This document shows positions 1 to 10,887 of a stretch of DNA of 64,000 nt, piece by piece. Every line of letters begins with the position of its first letter. The first letter of the stretch is position 1. The DNA is from an uncultured Candidatus Saccharibacteria bacterium (lineage in GTDB: Bacteria > Patescibacteriota > WWE3 > UBA101185 > UBA10185). Below the pieces are notes generated by a model. That model saw nothing but the letters and a program-made list of their open reading frames with translations, made no database searches and had not been told where the DNA came from. The translations under genes were made by a program, and so were the position numbers. The DNA lies in contig CAZILK010000001.1 in NCBI GenBank assembly GCA_964540135.1, positions 17,843 through 81,842 of the forward strand, written 5' to 3'.

Positions 1-1
1 A

Positions 2-253
2 TATCTACAAAGACAACCTAAGACCTTGGTTGTATACAATGATCCTGATTTTCTCCAGGTCGCCTTAAAGCTTAAAAGGGTAACTGAGGTGAAAAAAGTT
101 AAAGGTTATGATCCGACTAACTTTAAAAGACCAGCATATTGGGTTGTTCTTGAACCAAAGACTAAGAAACTGCCGCCTAATCTTCAGTCACAGCTTCTCA
201 TTGATTCTACTTATAGAAATGGCCCTAATATTGAGATATTCTATCTAAAGTAA
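2..253 (+). CDS. 3' end of a gene that starts upstream of the window; hypothetical protein
   Basis: Frame is open from the window edge to the stop at 251-253; Lys-rich C-terminal region; no recognisable motif. Confidence 0.3.
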   Translation, partial: YLQRQPKTLVVYNDPDFLQVALKLKRVTEVKKVKGYDPTNFKRPAYWVVLEPKTKKLPPNLQSQLLIDSTYRNGPNIEIFYLK

Positions 254-255
254 TT

Positions 256-1869
256 ATGAAAAAGTTTAAATACGAGATTCTTGTTTTTATATTTGCAATT
301 TTGATTAAACTCCCAAATCTTGGGTACGATACGTTCAATACAGATGTTTGGAAATGGAAATCAAGATCATATAACTTCAGTAATGGTGTTTTTGGACTAG
401 ATTTTAAAGAGACACTTCAAATTTATCATCCCGGAGTTATTTTGATGTGGCACGGTACTTTTGCAATTAAAATCTTTAATCTTTATTACGATGTGGCTGT
501 TGGGGGAGAGCCGCTAAACGATGTTACTTCAATCTTCTACCTAAATTTTGTTCAAAAGCTTCTTGTATCTATTACTGTTGCATTTTGCCTAGCCATAAGC
601 TTTTATCTGCTCAAGAATCTCTTTGGAAAAAAGTTTGCAGCCTTTGGGGTCGCGATGCTTCTTTTTGAACCTCTATTTTTAGCACTGACTCGTGAATTTC
701 ATCTTGAAGGGTTGATGTCTGCCTTTATGCTAGTGGCACTCTTCGCAACTTACTATTATAAAACAACAAAGGGTAGAAAAGCGCTAGTTGTTTCAGCACT
801 CTTTACTGCTTTGGCAGTTTTAACTAAGGTAACTGCGGTACTGCTTTTGCCTTTTATTTTCGGAGCTATTTTATGGGCTTCTCGTACAAAGGATATGAAG
901 CTCAAAGTATTAGTTCAAAAAACTATTCGCCCATGCCTTTCTTGGTTTGGAGTTTTTTTGGTGTTTTGTTTTCTTATGTGGCCAGCACTTTGGGTTAGGC
1001 CTCTTGATGTATATAACAAAGTGGCTCGTGGTATTTTTTCAGTTGGGATTGAAGAAGGACATGATCAAATTTACTTTGGGAAATATGTTTCAGATCCCGG
1101 TGCAACTTTTTACCCTGTAGCGCTTTTAGTTAAATCGTCTGTCTTTTTGGTTCCTGGGCTTATTGGGTATTATCTTTGGGCAAGAAAAAAAGCTTCGCTT
1201 GAGGTGAGGCATTTTAATACCTTCTTGTTAGTTTTTTCAATTTACTATCTTCTTCCTCTTGTCTTTTCATCAAAGAAACTGGATAGGTATGTGCTGCCTT
1301 CACTTTTGTCACTTGTTCTAATATCAACAAGTTTTTATTACTACTTATTAAAGTACAAAGCTAATATCTTTTACAAACTAGTACTGCCTATATTTATAAT
1401 TTGGCTTGGTTTTTTAGCCTATATTCATCCTGACTATTTATCTTACTACTCACCATTTACCGGCGGGCTTCGAAACGGTATTACAATAATCGAACCTAAA
1501 TGGATGTACGGCGGACTTGCGGTTCAAGACTATTTCAAAGAAGTGTCGCAAGAGAGGGGATACACTCCTTTTACAAAAGCTCAGCCGTTCAATGAAATCA
1601 GAAGGAAGAAGGCATTGATGGCGGATAAGCTAACAGTTGCATTCCCGGAAAAATACTACAACCAAACCTATCCGTTTATTCTTCAAATAGGAGGCAAAGC
1701 TATTATTGATAAATTGACAGATGAAGCACAGCAAGCAAAGTTTTTTGTCTTTCCTGTATGGGAAGATAGACATGAGTATTTAGATAAGCATAAGCTTAGA
1801 TACTTTGACTCAATTTATGTCAGGGGCGTTAAATCATTTAATGTTTATGAACGGGTGGGTAACCCTTAG
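256..1869 (+). CDS. Polytopic membrane protein, putative GT-C-fold (PMT/ArnT-like) glycosyltransferase
   Basis: 537 aa with many predicted TM helices; N-terminal loop with DxF/D..W..R and YHPGVILMW resembles the first extracytoplasmic loop of PMT_2/ArnT-type enzymes; sits in a glycan locus. Confidence 0.45.
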   Translation: MKKFKYEILVFIFAILIKLPNLGYDTFNTDVWKWKSRSYNFSNGVFGLDFKETLQIYHPGVILMWHGTFAIKIFNLYYDVAVGGEPLNDVTSIFYLNFVQKLLVSITVAFCLAISFYLLKNLFGKKFAAFGVAMLLFEPLFLALTREFHLEGLMSAFMLVALFATYYYKTTKGRKALVVSALFTALAVLTKVTAVLLLPFIFGAILWASRTKDMKLKVLVQKTIRPCLSWFGVFLVFCFLMWPALWVRPLDVYNKVARGIFSVGIEEGHDQIYFGKYVSDPGATFYPVALLVKSSVFLVPGLIGYYLWARKKASLEVRHFNTFLLVFSIYYLLPLVFSSKKLDRYVLPSLLSLVLISTSFYYYLLKYKANIFYKLVLPIFIIWLGFLAYIHPDYLSYYSPFTGGLRNGITIIEPKWMYGGLAVQDYFKEVSQERGYTPFTKAQPFNEIRRKKALMADKLTVAFPEKYYNQTYPFILQIGGKAIIDKLTDEAQQAKFFVFPVWEDRHEYLDKHKLRYFDSIYVRGVKSFNVYERVGNP

Positions 1870-1877
1870 AATTTGGT

Positions 1878-3179
1878 ATGGTTAAAGCAGTGAGTCAGTT
1901 ATACAACAAATTAATACAGCTGATTGGTAAGAATACTTTTGATACTGTCTTTGTGACTGGGGCTTTGTTTGGAGTTGGTTTTTTCTCATACCTCCTGCAA
2001 CTTCTTCTCGGAAGATTTTTAACTGTTGAAGGCTTTGGTGATTTCACAGCTCTTCTTTCCCTAGTTACTATAATCTCGTTTTGTTCAAATGTCATTGGAA
2101 TGGCGCTTGTTAAGCTCTTTTCAGAGCTTTATGCAGATAAAAAGATATCGACTCTAACAAACCTCTTTCTTAAGGTTTTACTTGTTTCAGTTATTGCAGG
2201 TATAGTACTCGCACTTACAACAGTGGTTTTTCAAAAACCAATTCACGACTATTTAAATATCAGCTCAACAAATGTAATACTATTTTTTGCGCTTGATTTC
2301 GTACTTACTTTTGGCTTGATGTATGTTGCCACATTTTTGCAGGCTACAAGTAGATTCATATTCTTTTCACTTTATCTTGTAATCGGCAGTATTTTTAGGC
2401 TGTTATTTCCAGTTCTGTTTTTGATCTTTGTAAAAAATGATCCAAGCATGGTGTTTTTTGGCTTCTTTATAGCCCAGGCTCTATCGGTAGTAACCGGCTT
2501 TGTAGCAGTTAAATTAAGCAATGTAGCAAGCGAACCAAGTGAATCAACTTATGTTAAAGGAGATTCCAGAGCACATTTTAAAAAATTACTAACTGAAATA
2601 ATACCTATTGCAGTAATTACAGGTGTTATGGCTCTTCTTTCTAATTATGACATGATACTAGTGAAGCATTTTTTTGATGCCTATAACGCAGGTATTTACG
2701 CAGGTACTTTAACTCTTGGCAAAATAATTTTATTTGGTGCCGGTTCTGTTGCTACTGTTATGTATCCAAGAGTAGTTAGCAGTAAAAAAGATAAAACCCT
2801 ACTTACAAAATTAGTTAAGCAATTTACAGTTATTCAAGTAGTATTCATTTTGATACCTCTAGCTTTGTACGTCTTTTTTCCAAGAGCAATAACAACATTA
2901 TTTTTTGGCGATAAATATATATCTTCAGTCCCGTTTCTTCCGGTGTATGCATCATTTATTGGTTTTTGGGTACTTATAAATTATATGCTTACATTGTTTA
3001 TTGCACTTGATATAAAAAAAATCGCTTTTTTTGTACCACTTTTTTTCATCGCTCAGTATATAGGGATTACATTTTTCCACGCCAATTTACATCAAGTTGT
3101 TTGGGTAAACTTTAGTGTGGGACTTGCTTTTGCGTTATTTACTTCAGGTTATTTTGTTAAAACACTAAGAAAACTTTAA
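1878..3179 (+). CDS. Wzx-like oligosaccharide flippase / polysaccharide biosynthesis protein (MOP superfamily)
   Basis: 433 aa, about 12 TM helices; N-terminal pattern (GRFLTVEGFGDF...) typical of Wzx-family flippases; glycan locus context. Confidence 0.6.
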   Translation: MVKAVSQLYNKLIQLIGKNTFDTVFVTGALFGVGFFSYLLQLLLGRFLTVEGFGDFTALLSLVTIISFCSNVIGMALVKLFSELYADKKISTLTNLFLKVLLVSVIAGIVLALTTVVFQKPIHDYLNISSTNVILFFALDFVLTFGLMYVATFLQATSRFIFFSLYLVIGSIFRLLFPVLFLIFVKNDPSMVFFGFFIAQALSVVTGFVAVKLSNVASEPSESTYVKGDSRAHFKKLLTEIIPIAVITGVMALLSNYDMILVKHFFDAYNAGIYAGTLTLGKIILFGAGSVATVMYPRVVSSKKDKTLLTKLVKQFTVIQVVFILIPLALYVFFPRAITTLFFGDKYISSVPFLPVYASFIGFWVLINYMLTLFIALDIKKIAFFVPLFFIAQYIGITFFHANLHQVVWVNFSVGLAFALFTSGYFVKTLRKL

Positions 3180-4105
3180 GTATAATTTTGTTTAAACCAT
3201 TCGTAGGTTGAAGCAATGCCTTCTTTGATTCCTATTTTTGGTTTCCAGCCCATATTAAAAAGTTTTGTATTATCAAACAGTCTTTTTGGCGTCCCGTCTG
3301 GTTTTGATGGATCGGTTAAGATCTCACCTGTAAATCCAACAATCTCCGCAATCATTTGAGTGTACTCCATGATAGTGTAATCTTCCCCATATCCAACGTT
3401 GATTATCTCATCATCATTATAATTTTCCATTAAAAAGACAATGGCATCTGCCATGTCATCAACATGGAGGTATTCTCTTCTCGGAGTTCCTGTACCCCAG
3501 ATTGTTATTGTTTTAGATCCAGCAACTTTTGCTTCATGTAACCTTCTAATAAGTGCTGGCAAGAAATGAGATGAAGTTAGATCAAAGTTATCGTTTGGTC
3601 CATATAAGTTTGCAGGTTGAGCACTTATAAAGTTTGTTCCGTACTGTTTGTTATAGGACTTACACATAGTGATTCCTGCAAGCTTTGCCATTGCGTACGC
3701 CTCATTTGATGGTTCAAGAGCTCCTGTCATCAGGTATTCTTCTTTAACCGGAACTGGCGCAAATTTTGGATAAATACACACAGAGCCAAGAAACACTAGT
3801 TTTTTAACCCCAGTTTTATATGCATTATGAATAACATTGTTTTGTATTTTTAAATTCTCATAGATAAATTCAGCTGGGTGTTCTTTATTTGCAATAATGC
3901 CACCAACTTTAGCAGCTGCTAAAAACACATACTCTGGTTTATGAGTTTGAAAGAACTCTTCTGTTTGAGCCTCGTTTCCAAGATCAAGCTCAGCTCTTGT
4001 TTTAAGAAGTAGGTTTGTAAACCCCTTGTTTTGTAAATTTCTTGTAATTCCGGATCCCACAAGTCCTTTATGACCTGCAACAAATATTTTAGAATCTTTG
4101 TTCAT
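3176..4105 (-). CDS. fcl: GDP-L-fucose synthase (GDP-4-keto-6-deoxymannose 3,5-epimerase/4-reductase)
   Basis: N-terminus [19 protein letters not shown] is the classic Fcl/WcaG signature; short-chain dehydrogenase fold; probable start at internal Met ([11 protein letters not shown]); overlaps the gmd 3' end by 17 nt. Confidence 0.9.
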   Translation of the reverse strand: MNKDSKIFVAGHKGLVGSGITRNLQNKGFTNLLLKTRAELDLGNEAQTEEFFQTHKPEYVFLAAAKVGGIIANKEHPAEFIYENLKIQNNVIHNAYKTGVKKLVFLGSVCIYPKFAPVPVKEEYLMTGALEPSNEAYAMAKLAGITMCKSYNKQYGTNFISAQPANLYGPNDNFDLTSSHFLPALIRRLHEAKVAGSKTITIWGTGTPRREYLHVDDMADAIVFLMENYNDDEIINVGYGEDYTIMEYTQMIAEIVGFTGEILTDPSKPDGTPKRLFDNTKLFNMGWKPKIGIKEGIASTYEWFKQNYT

Positions 4106-5135
4106 TTTTTTCCTCCATTTTAAAATCACTTTCACACATCATAGTGATCAACTCGTCAAAAGTTGTCTTTGGTGCCCAGTTTAATTTTTCTTTCGCCAAA
4201 GACGCATTTCCAAGTAAAAAGTCTACTTCTGCCGGTCTAAAGTACTCAGGATCGACTTTAATCATCTCAGTTCCAGTTTTTGTATCATATCCTACCTCAT
4301 CAAGTCCTTCTCCTCTCCATGCGAGTTCGTAGCCAAAATGTCTTGCAGCTTTTTCGGTAAATTCCCGGACTGAATGTGTTTCTCCGGTTGCAATTACAAA
4401 ATCCTCAGCATTTTCTTGTTGAAGCATAAGCCACATAGCTTCAACATAGTCACCTGCAAATCCCCAGTCTCTTTGTGAATCAAGATTGCCAAGGAAAAGC
4501 ATCTTTTCGTGTCCCAGCTTGATTCTTGCAAGCCCCCTTGAGATTTTTCTTGTCACAAAGGTTTTGCCTCGCCTTGGCGATTCATGATTAAAAAGAATGC
4601 CTGAACAAGCATAGATTCCGTAGCTTTCTCTGTAGTTAACAGTAATCCAATGAGCGTATAGTTTAGCAACTCCATAGGGGCTCCTTGGGTAGAAAGGTGT
4701 CTTTTCAGTTTGTGGGGTTTCTTGTACCTTACCAAACATTTCACTGCTTGAGGCTTGGTAAAACTTAATTTTAGGATTAACTCTGTTAATTGCCTCAAGA
4801 ATCCTAAGCGTGCCAAGACCAACGACATTTCCGGTGTACTCAGGGAGTTCAAAACTCACTTTAACATGGCTCTGAGCACCAAGGTTATAGATCTCTTCTG
4901 GTGAGACTTTCTCAATTAGGTTACTTAAAATACTGGAATCTGTAAGGTCTCCGTAGTGAAGGTGGAGCTGCGGGTGGTTGTGGTGAGGATCTTCATATAA
5001 ATGGTCCAGTCTTTGAGTATTGAAGTTGCTTGAGCGCCTAATAACGCCATGAACCTCATATCCCTTGTTTAGGAGTAGCTCTGTAAGGTAAGAGCCGTCT
5101 TGGCCAGTAATTCCGGTAATCAATGCTTTTTTCAT
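4089..5135 (-). CDS. gmd: GDP-mannose 4,6-dehydratase
   Basis: [47 protein letters not shown] is near-identical to canonical Gmd N-termini; directly upstream of fcl on the same strand. Confidence 0.93.
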   Translation of the reverse strand: MKKALITGITGQDGSYLTELLLNKGYEVHGVIRRSSNFNTQRLDHLYEDPHHNHPQLHLHYGDLTDSSILSNLIEKVSPEEIYNLGAQSHVKVSFELPEYTGNVVGLGTLRILEAINRVNPKIKFYQASSSEMFGKVQETPQTEKTPFYPRSPYGVAKLYAHWITVNYRESYGIYACSGILFNHESPRRGKTFVTRKISRGLARIKLGHEKMLFLGNLDSQRDWGFAGDYVEAMWLMLQQENAEDFVIATGETHSVREFTEKAARHFGYELAWRGEGLDEVGYDTKTGTEMIKVDPEYFRPAEVDFLLGNASLAKEKLNWAPKTTFDELITMMCESDFKMEEKNEQRF

Positions 5136-5203
5136 AACTAAGTGATTTTAATACATTTTAAGAGGTCTTTAAAGAGTAGGTTATTTATTCATGTTTTTAA
5201 ACA

Positions 5204-5866
5204 GTGTATATTAAGACTGTGAAAGACAATTTACTACTATCCGGTAATTATTCGGGGTCATTTAATGTACCTGTCTTTAATAAGGTACCTTTTAATAAAA
5301 CTTGCCTTGATGTTGGGTGTTGGGACGGTAACCTTGGGGAAAAGCTCGTATCTCATAAGAAATGTGTTGTAGATGGTATTGATGTTAACGAGGAGATGCT
5401 AAATAAAGCAAAGACACGTGGATATCGGTCAGTTTACCCAATTAACTTAAATCTTGATACTTTGGATTTTTCTTCTATTAAAGAAAGTTACGATGTGATT
5501 ATCTTTGCTGATATTCTTGAACATCTGATCAATCCAGTAAATGTTCTAAGACTTCTAAGTGAGAAACTTAATAAAGACGGTATGATTATAATCTCGTTAC
5601 CTAATGTTGCCTTTTTACTTAATCGGTTAAATTTATTACTTGGTAAATGGCAATATAAAGAATTTGGGACTTTAGATAAAACACATCTTAAATTTTTTAC
5701 ACTTAAAACAGGAAGAGAAATGGTTGAGTCAGTTGGGCTTAAAGTTTTAGATGTTATTCCGTATAATCAATTCGGTATTTTAAAAAAGATACATCCACTA
5801 GAAGAGATTTTCCCAGAACTTCTAGCGTATCAGTTTATGGTCGTTGCAACAAAAGATGAAAAATAA
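5204..5866 (+). CDS. Class I SAM-dependent methyltransferase
   Basis: Motif I LDVGCWDGNLG plus acidic post-I residue; 220 aa; glycan locus. Confidence 0.7.
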   Translation: MYIKTVKDNLLLSGNYSGSFNVPVFNKVPFNKTCLDVGCWDGNLGEKLVSHKKCVVDGIDVNEEMLNKAKTRGYRSVYPINLNLDTLDFSSIKESYDVIIFADILEHLINPVNVLRLLSEKLNKDGMIIISLPNVAFLLNRLNLLLGKWQYKEFGTLDKTHLKFFTLKTGREMVESVGLKVLDVIPYNQFGILKKIHPLEEIFPELLAYQFMVVATKDEK

Positions 5867-6686
5867 AGTAGATGATGTTCTAGTTAGTATAATCTTGCCC
5901 GCATACAAACAAGAGAAAAATATTAAAGAGGATATCCAAAGAATAACTGGAGTTATGGACAGTACCAGATTTAATTACGAGCTAATCGTTATTGTCGATG
6001 GTTTTTTAGATAGAACTTTTGAAATTGCTAAAACACTTGAGTCAGACAAAATCCATGTTGAGGGTTACAAAACAAACTACGGTAAAGGCTATGCTGTAAG
6101 ATACGGTATGGCAAGAGCTAAAGGAGATTTCATAGCATTTATTGATGGCGGTATGGAAATTGATCCAAACGGAATTTCTATGATTCTTGAGCACATGCTG
6201 TGGTATAAGGCTGACATAATGGTAGGGAGTAAGAGACACCCAGCAAGTATTGTTAAATACCCATTCTTCCGAAGATTTTATAGTTTCGGGTACTCGACTC
6301 TTTGTAGACTGCTTTTTAGACTTAAAATCTCAGATACTCAAGCAGGGCTTAAAGTTTATAGAAAAGAAGTACTTGATAAGGTTTTACCTAGACTTGTTGT
6401 TAAAGCTTATGCTTTTGATGTTGAGCTATTAGCTGTTGCTAAATACCTTGGGTTTAAAAGAATCTTTGAGGCGCCAATTGCTGTTTCGCTTGATTTCACT
6501 TCAAGCGGGAAATTATCTTCAGTTTTTAACAAACAAATTAAAGATATTCTATATGACACAATTGCTATCTTTTATCGCATGTATATTCTTGGTTATTATA
6601 AAGACTCAAGTCAACGCAAGTGGATTTACAGCGAGGAACTTAAGATGAATGTTAATACCGGAGAGTTTAACAAACATGGCAAATGA
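5844..6686 (+). CDS. Glycosyltransferase family 2 (dolichyl/polyprenyl-phosphate sugar transferase-like)
   Basis: VSIILPAYKQE N-terminal GT2 motif, IVIVDGFLDRT, DxD-like FIDGG. Confidence 0.7.
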   Translation: MQQKMKNKVDDVLVSIILPAYKQEKNIKEDIQRITGVMDSTRFNYELIVIVDGFLDRTFEIAKTLESDKIHVEGYKTNYGKGYAVRYGMARAKGDFIAFIDGGMEIDPNGISMILEHMLWYKADIMVGSKRHPASIVKYPFFRRFYSFGYSTLCRLLFRLKISDTQAGLKVYRKEVLDKVLPRLVVKAYAFDVELLAVAKYLGFKRIFEAPIAVSLDFTSSGKLSSVFNKQIKDILYDTIAIFYRMYILGYYKDSSQRKWIYSEELKMNVNTGEFNKHGK

Positions 6687-7497
6687 TCCTTTAGTTTCTG
6701 TATTAATACCAGTATACAATGCAGAGAAGTATTTTAATGAAGCACTTCAGAGTATTGTAGATCAAACATATAAAAATATTGAAATAGTCATAATTGATGA
6801 TTGTTCTCAAGATAGTACTGGTGCCATCGCTAAAGCTTTTTCAACTAAAGACTCAAGAGTAAAAGTATTTACAAACGAACAAAATTTGAAACTAAGTGGT
6901 GCTCTTAATGAGGGAATAAGCCATTGTTTCGGGAAATATATTGTTCGGATGGACGGGGACGACGTTTCTTTTTTAGACCGGATTGAAAAGCAAGTAGCAT
7001 ATATGGAACAAAACCCGGAAGTTGGTATTAGCGGCGGTTCGATGGAGATAGGCGATGAGTATTTAGCTAAAATTGGAACTCGAAAATATTATTTAACAGA
7101 CAGTGCTATTAGAAAGAATATCTTTAAATTTAGCCCTTTTTGCCATCCAGGTGTAATTATTAGAAAAGAAGTTTTTGATATAGTAGGTGGGTATGACGGG
7201 AGTTTCACACCGGCTGAGGACTATGAGTTGTATTTTAGAATTGGACTCAAATTTAAGTTTGGCAATATTTCAGATTTTGTTTTGCATTATAGGACACTTC
7301 CAAACAGTATGACCACAAGTTCCATTTCTAAGATGGAGAAAAAAACTATAGAAGTTAGAAAGAAATACATGAAGGTCTACAATGCCGGCTTGTCTGATTA
7401 CTTGTACACCTACGCACATGAAACATTAGGCAGGCTAATACCTCCAACACTTAAGCTGCGATTGTTTATTTTTATTAGAAGCCTGTTTGCAAAGTAA
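6676..7497 (+). CDS. Glycosyltransferase family 2
   Basis: VSVLIPVYNAEKYFNEALQSIVDQTY...IEIVIIDDCSQDST canonical GT2-A signature; start taken at the internal Met after the upstream overlap. Confidence 0.8.
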   Translation: MANDPLVSVLIPVYNAEKYFNEALQSIVDQTYKNIEIVIIDDCSQDSTGAIAKAFSTKDSRVKVFTNEQNLKLSGALNEGISHCFGKYIVRMDGDDVSFLDRIEKQVAYMEQNPEVGISGGSMEIGDEYLAKIGTRKYYLTDSAIRKNIFKFSPFCHPGVIIRKEVFDIVGGYDGSFTPAEDYELYFRIGLKFKFGNISDFVLHYRTLPNSMTTSSISKMEKKTIEVRKKYMKVYNAGLSDYLYTYAHETLGRLIPPTLKLRLFIFIRSLFAK

Positions 7498-7498
7498 T

Positions 7499-8428
7499 AT
7501 GATTAGGTTAATTTTAAAAGGCGGTCTTGGCAATCAAATGTTTCAGTACGCGGCAGCATACTCTCTTGCTAAGAAGCACAATACAACTTTACTTCTTGAT
7601 ACAACTTTTCTAGACACAAATTGGCCTATAAAAGAGTTTGTTAAAAGAGACCTTGAGCTTGATTTATTTAACATCGATTATCAAACTACCGGTTTCTCCG
7701 GCTCAAGATTTATAAATAACTACTTAGGCTATCTTCTTTACTCACTTATTACCTATTTCGGGAGCAAACCCAAATGTGTGACTCAGAATCAAGCATTTAA
7801 CGCACTCGACAAACTACTCAACCAACAAAAATCTTGCAGTGAGCCATCTAAAGAAGATTTTGATAATTTCCCGCAAGACATGCTCCTTGAATGCTATATG
7901 AATGATTACCGATTATTTGAGGTTTTTAGAAGTGAGATATGTGAGATGTACGATACCGACAAGCTAATTGACGACACTTTTAGTGGTACAGAGGAGGCAA
8001 TACGAGCTACAACTTCGGTTGCTGTAAACATAAGAAGAGGGGACTTTCTATTTAAAAAGAACAAGCTTGTGATGAAAATCCTAGATGACAACTACTTTAC
8101 ACAAGCTATAAAGATAATTAAATCAAAAGTTCCAAATCCACATTTCTTTATATTTAACTACGATTATCCTGAAGGTATGACAAGTCCTTACGGTCTATCA
8201 GCTAAAGAATACTCGCTTCTTGGTAGAGAATTTGTTGGTGATCGCTTTAAAACCTATCTACGATTAGCCTCTATTTGCAATCACAATATTTTGTCAAACA
8301 GTACTTTTTCATTCTGGGGTGCGTATTTGAACAAACACATAGATAAAGTAGTAGTTGCTCCAACCTTTTGGGATACATCAGGAAAAGAGTTCTCACTCCC
8401 TAAAGATTGGTTAAAAGTTACTAATTAA
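7499..8428 (+). CDS. Alpha-1,2-fucosyltransferase (glycosyltransferase family 11)
   Basis: GGLGNQMFQYAAAYSLAKK, NIRRGDF and SNSTFSFWGAYL match the three conserved GT11 motifs (H. pylori FutC: GGLGNQMFQYAFAKSL / HIRRGDY / ANSTYSWWAAYL). Confidence 0.85.
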   Translation: MIRLILKGGLGNQMFQYAAAYSLAKKHNTTLLLDTTFLDTNWPIKEFVKRDLELDLFNIDYQTTGFSGSRFINNYLGYLLYSLITYFGSKPKCVTQNQAFNALDKLLNQQKSCSEPSKEDFDNFPQDMLLECYMNDYRLFEVFRSEICEMYDTDKLIDDTFSGTEEAIRATTSVAVNIRRGDFLFKKNKLVMKILDDNYFTQAIKIIKSKVPNPHFFIFNYDYPEGMTSPYGLSAKEYSLLGREFVGDRFKTYLRLASICNHNILSNSTFSFWGAYLNKHIDKVVVAPTFWDTSGKEFSLPKDWLKVTN

Positions 8429-8433
8429 TATAA

Positions 8434-9483
8434 ATGAATATATTATTTTTTGTACCTCACAAAACTATATATGCAGGTCGAACTATATATGAAGGTTATA
8501 AAAATGCTTTCACCGATCTTGGACATACCTTTAAATTCTTAACTGCTGATGATAATCAACAAGAAGTTTTTAGTTCGTTTGCACCGGACATATTCTTCAC
8601 AAGTATTCATTCATATATATTTAAATATTTAGATCTGACTTCTTTAAAAGCTCAAAAGAAAAAAGGCATGAAAGTCTTTGTGAATATGCCAATGTGGCAC
8701 TCACCGCTTTCCAAAACGCGGATTAATGAGGCTCCAAGTATCTCGGGTGTTAAGGAGTATGTACGCTTAATTAAATCAGGTGAGTACGGTGACGTTTATT
8801 ATAATGTTTTTAGGCAAGGTGATAAGAGAATGGAAGGGTTTGAAGAAACAACAGGTTATAAACATTACACTATTAATCTTGCTGCTGATAAACTGTTAAA
8901 TTATTTTGATTATAACGAGAGTTATAAATGTGATATCTCCTTCCTTGGTACAAATTTGCCTGATAAACAAAAGTTCTTTAAAGAAAGACTTTTCCCACTT
9001 AAGAATTCATACAATCTCATGTTGTTTGGTCAAGATTGGACTTTTAAAGATAAAGCTACGGGTTATTTGGCAAAGGCAGGTATGTATATGAATATCCCAG
9101 TTCTGAAAGATATTCAAAAACCAAAACTGCCGATTGTTGCAGAGAGGCAAATATATTCATCGTCCACAATCTCCTTAAACATACATGAGCAGTTTCAAAG
9201 AGATTTTGGCGGAGACTGTAACGAAAGAACTTTTAAAATACCATTATGTGGTGGATTTGAGATTGTCGACTCAATAGAACACATCAAAGATTTATTTGTT
9301 CCTGATAAAGAAATAGTTATGGCGGAAAGTAAAACTGATTGGTTTGAAAAGATTGATTATTATATTAAAAACCCGGATAAAAGGTTGCCAATAATTGAAG
9401 CTGGTAAAGCAAGAGTACTAAAAGATCACACCTATCATAATAGAGTTAACCAAATCCTTGAACTTTACGCTAAAACTACCTAA
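8434..9483 (+). CDS. CgeB-like / Glyco_trans_1_2-family glycosyltransferase-like protein
   Basis: C-terminal block ERTFKIPLCGGFEIVDS...DWFEKIDYYIKNPDKRLPIIEAGKARV resembles the C-terminal domain of CgeB/GT1-like proteins; assignment from pattern memory only. Confidence 0.45.
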   Translation: MNILFFVPHKTIYAGRTIYEGYKNAFTDLGHTFKFLTADDNQQEVFSSFAPDIFFTSIHSYIFKYLDLTSLKAQKKKGMKVFVNMPMWHSPLSKTRINEAPSISGVKEYVRLIKSGEYGDVYYNVFRQGDKRMEGFEETTGYKHYTINLAADKLLNYFDYNESYKCDISFLGTNLPDKQKFFKERLFPLKNSYNLMLFGQDWTFKDKATGYLAKAGMYMNIPVLKDIQKPKLPIVAERQIYSSSTISLNIHEQFQRDFGGDCNERTFKIPLCGGFEIVDSIEHIKDLFVPDKEIVMAESKTDWFEKIDYYIKNPDKRLPIIEAGKARVLKDHTYHNRVNQILELYAKTT

Positions 9484-9543
9484 TAGGGTATTTGAGTTCT
9501 TTCGCCAAAATTAAGATGATAGATAGACTTTTTTTGTAAGCTT

Positions 9544-10872
9544 TCAACACAGTACGCCTGCAAGCGAGGTCCCTTCTGGAATAAATGATGTATCAAAGTC
9601 CATAAGCTTACAAATGGTTGCTGCAACTCTTATCGAGTTGTTACAACTTCTTTCATCTGGGTATACATGAGTCATGTTCCCAACGTAAAGATTAGTAAAA
9701 TCAGTTTTGCTTGGGGTTATTTTCTGTGAAAAATTTAAATCAACTACCGGTGCAGCATATTTAGCCTTGAAGACATGGTATTTACTAACATCTTCGTTTT
9801 TGAAGTTTGGGTAAATATCAGATAACCTGGCGATCATTAGCTTTGCTATTTCATCACCCTCCATGAGTGCTAGCGGATCACTGCTTGCATAGTATCTTGA
9901 AAGATAGGCTAGATGAATACCTCTATAGTTATCGCTTGCTATAAAGTTTGTATGTTCTATAACTCCACCAAACGGGAAGCCTGGGTCTGCTACACTAAGC
10001 CAGTAAACATCGCTCAATGCTTTTTTCATTTCTAAGATTACACAAACAGCTGCGAAGTATTCTATGCTTTTGTTTGTTTTCACTATTTCTTTTAGCTGTG
10101 GGGTTTGCACGGTGAATAGATACTGATCAGCGGCATATCTGCTTGTATCAGTTTTCACGGCTGTAACTAAGTTACCATCTAATTCAATATCTAACACACT
10201 ACTGTTTTTCACTATCGTAACTCCCATTTCTTCTAGCTTAGTTTCAAGAGCCTTTATAATAGTTTCAAACCCACCTTCAAAATATCCAAGTTGCTCGTTG
10301 CCCTTACTTCTTGATCTCATTCGTTGAGATAGTCTTCCAATCATCCATGAAAGAGGGACAACATTTGCAAAATCGCCAAATTTTATATTGAGGAGTGGTT
10401 TCCATAAACATTCTGTTACTTCTTTACCGGCAAACTTATAAAACCAAGCTAAAGCTGATATATTCTCTGAATTTCTCCAGTTTGCAAATCTGCCAAGGTA
10501 CATACTTGTTGAGACAAATCTGATTTTTGAAATCATACTCATAGGTTTAAATTTGAATAAGTCAGGTAGTCCATTAAACCCGTATATCTTTTTATTTCTA
10601 AACACACCCATTTTTGTGTTTTTAAATATTTGTTTGTCTGTAATGCCAAGTTCTTCACATAACCACAGGAGTTCTTTATCGTGCGTAAAGAAATGGTGGT
10701 AGTAATACTCAAGCCTACTACCGCCAACATCAAACGATTTCACCACACCGCCAAGAGAGCTTGAAGCTTCAATAAGAGTTACAGTTTGCTTATTTTTAGC
10801 AAGGATATATGCAGCTGCAAGACCAGTCATACCTCCTCCAACAATTAAGATGTGTTTGTTTGTATTTCTCAT
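9544..10872 (-). CDS. FAD/NAD(P)-binding oxidoreductase (amine-oxidase / UDP-galactopyranose-mutase-like superfamily)
   Basis: N-terminal Rossmann dinucleotide motif ILIVGGGMTGLAAAYILAK followed by EASSSLGG...G; 442 aa; last gene of a minus-strand glycan operon. Confidence 0.65.
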   Translation of the reverse strand: MRNTNKHILIVGGGMTGLAAAYILAKNKQTVTLIEASSSLGGVVKSFDVGGSRLEYYYHHFFTHDKELLWLCEELGITDKQIFKNTKMGVFRNKKIYGFNGLPDLFKFKPMSMISKIRFVSTSMYLGRFANWRNSENISALAWFYKFAGKEVTECLWKPLLNIKFGDFANVVPLSWMIGRLSQRMRSRSKGNEQLGYFEGGFETIIKALETKLEEMGVTIVKNSSVLDIELDGNLVTAVKTDTSRYAADQYLFTVQTPQLKEIVKTNKSIEYFAAVCVILEMKKALSDVYWLSVADPGFPFGGVIEHTNFIASDNYRGIHLAYLSRYYASSDPLALMEGDEIAKLMIARLSDIYPNFKNEDVSKYHVFKAKYAAPVVDLNFSQKITPSKTDFTNLYVGNMTHVYPDERSCNNSIRVAATICKLMDFDTSFIPEGTSLAGVLC

Positions 10873-10887
10873 ATTACGTGTCTGGTT

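Noticed and set aside
1895-2095. 66-aa minus ORF inside the flippase gene
   Set aside because: Antisense to a clear multi-TM coding frame; basic low-complexity peptide
4553-4852. 99-aa minus ORF within gmd in another frame
   Set aside because: The gmd frame carries canonical motifs throughout; the alternative frame is spurious
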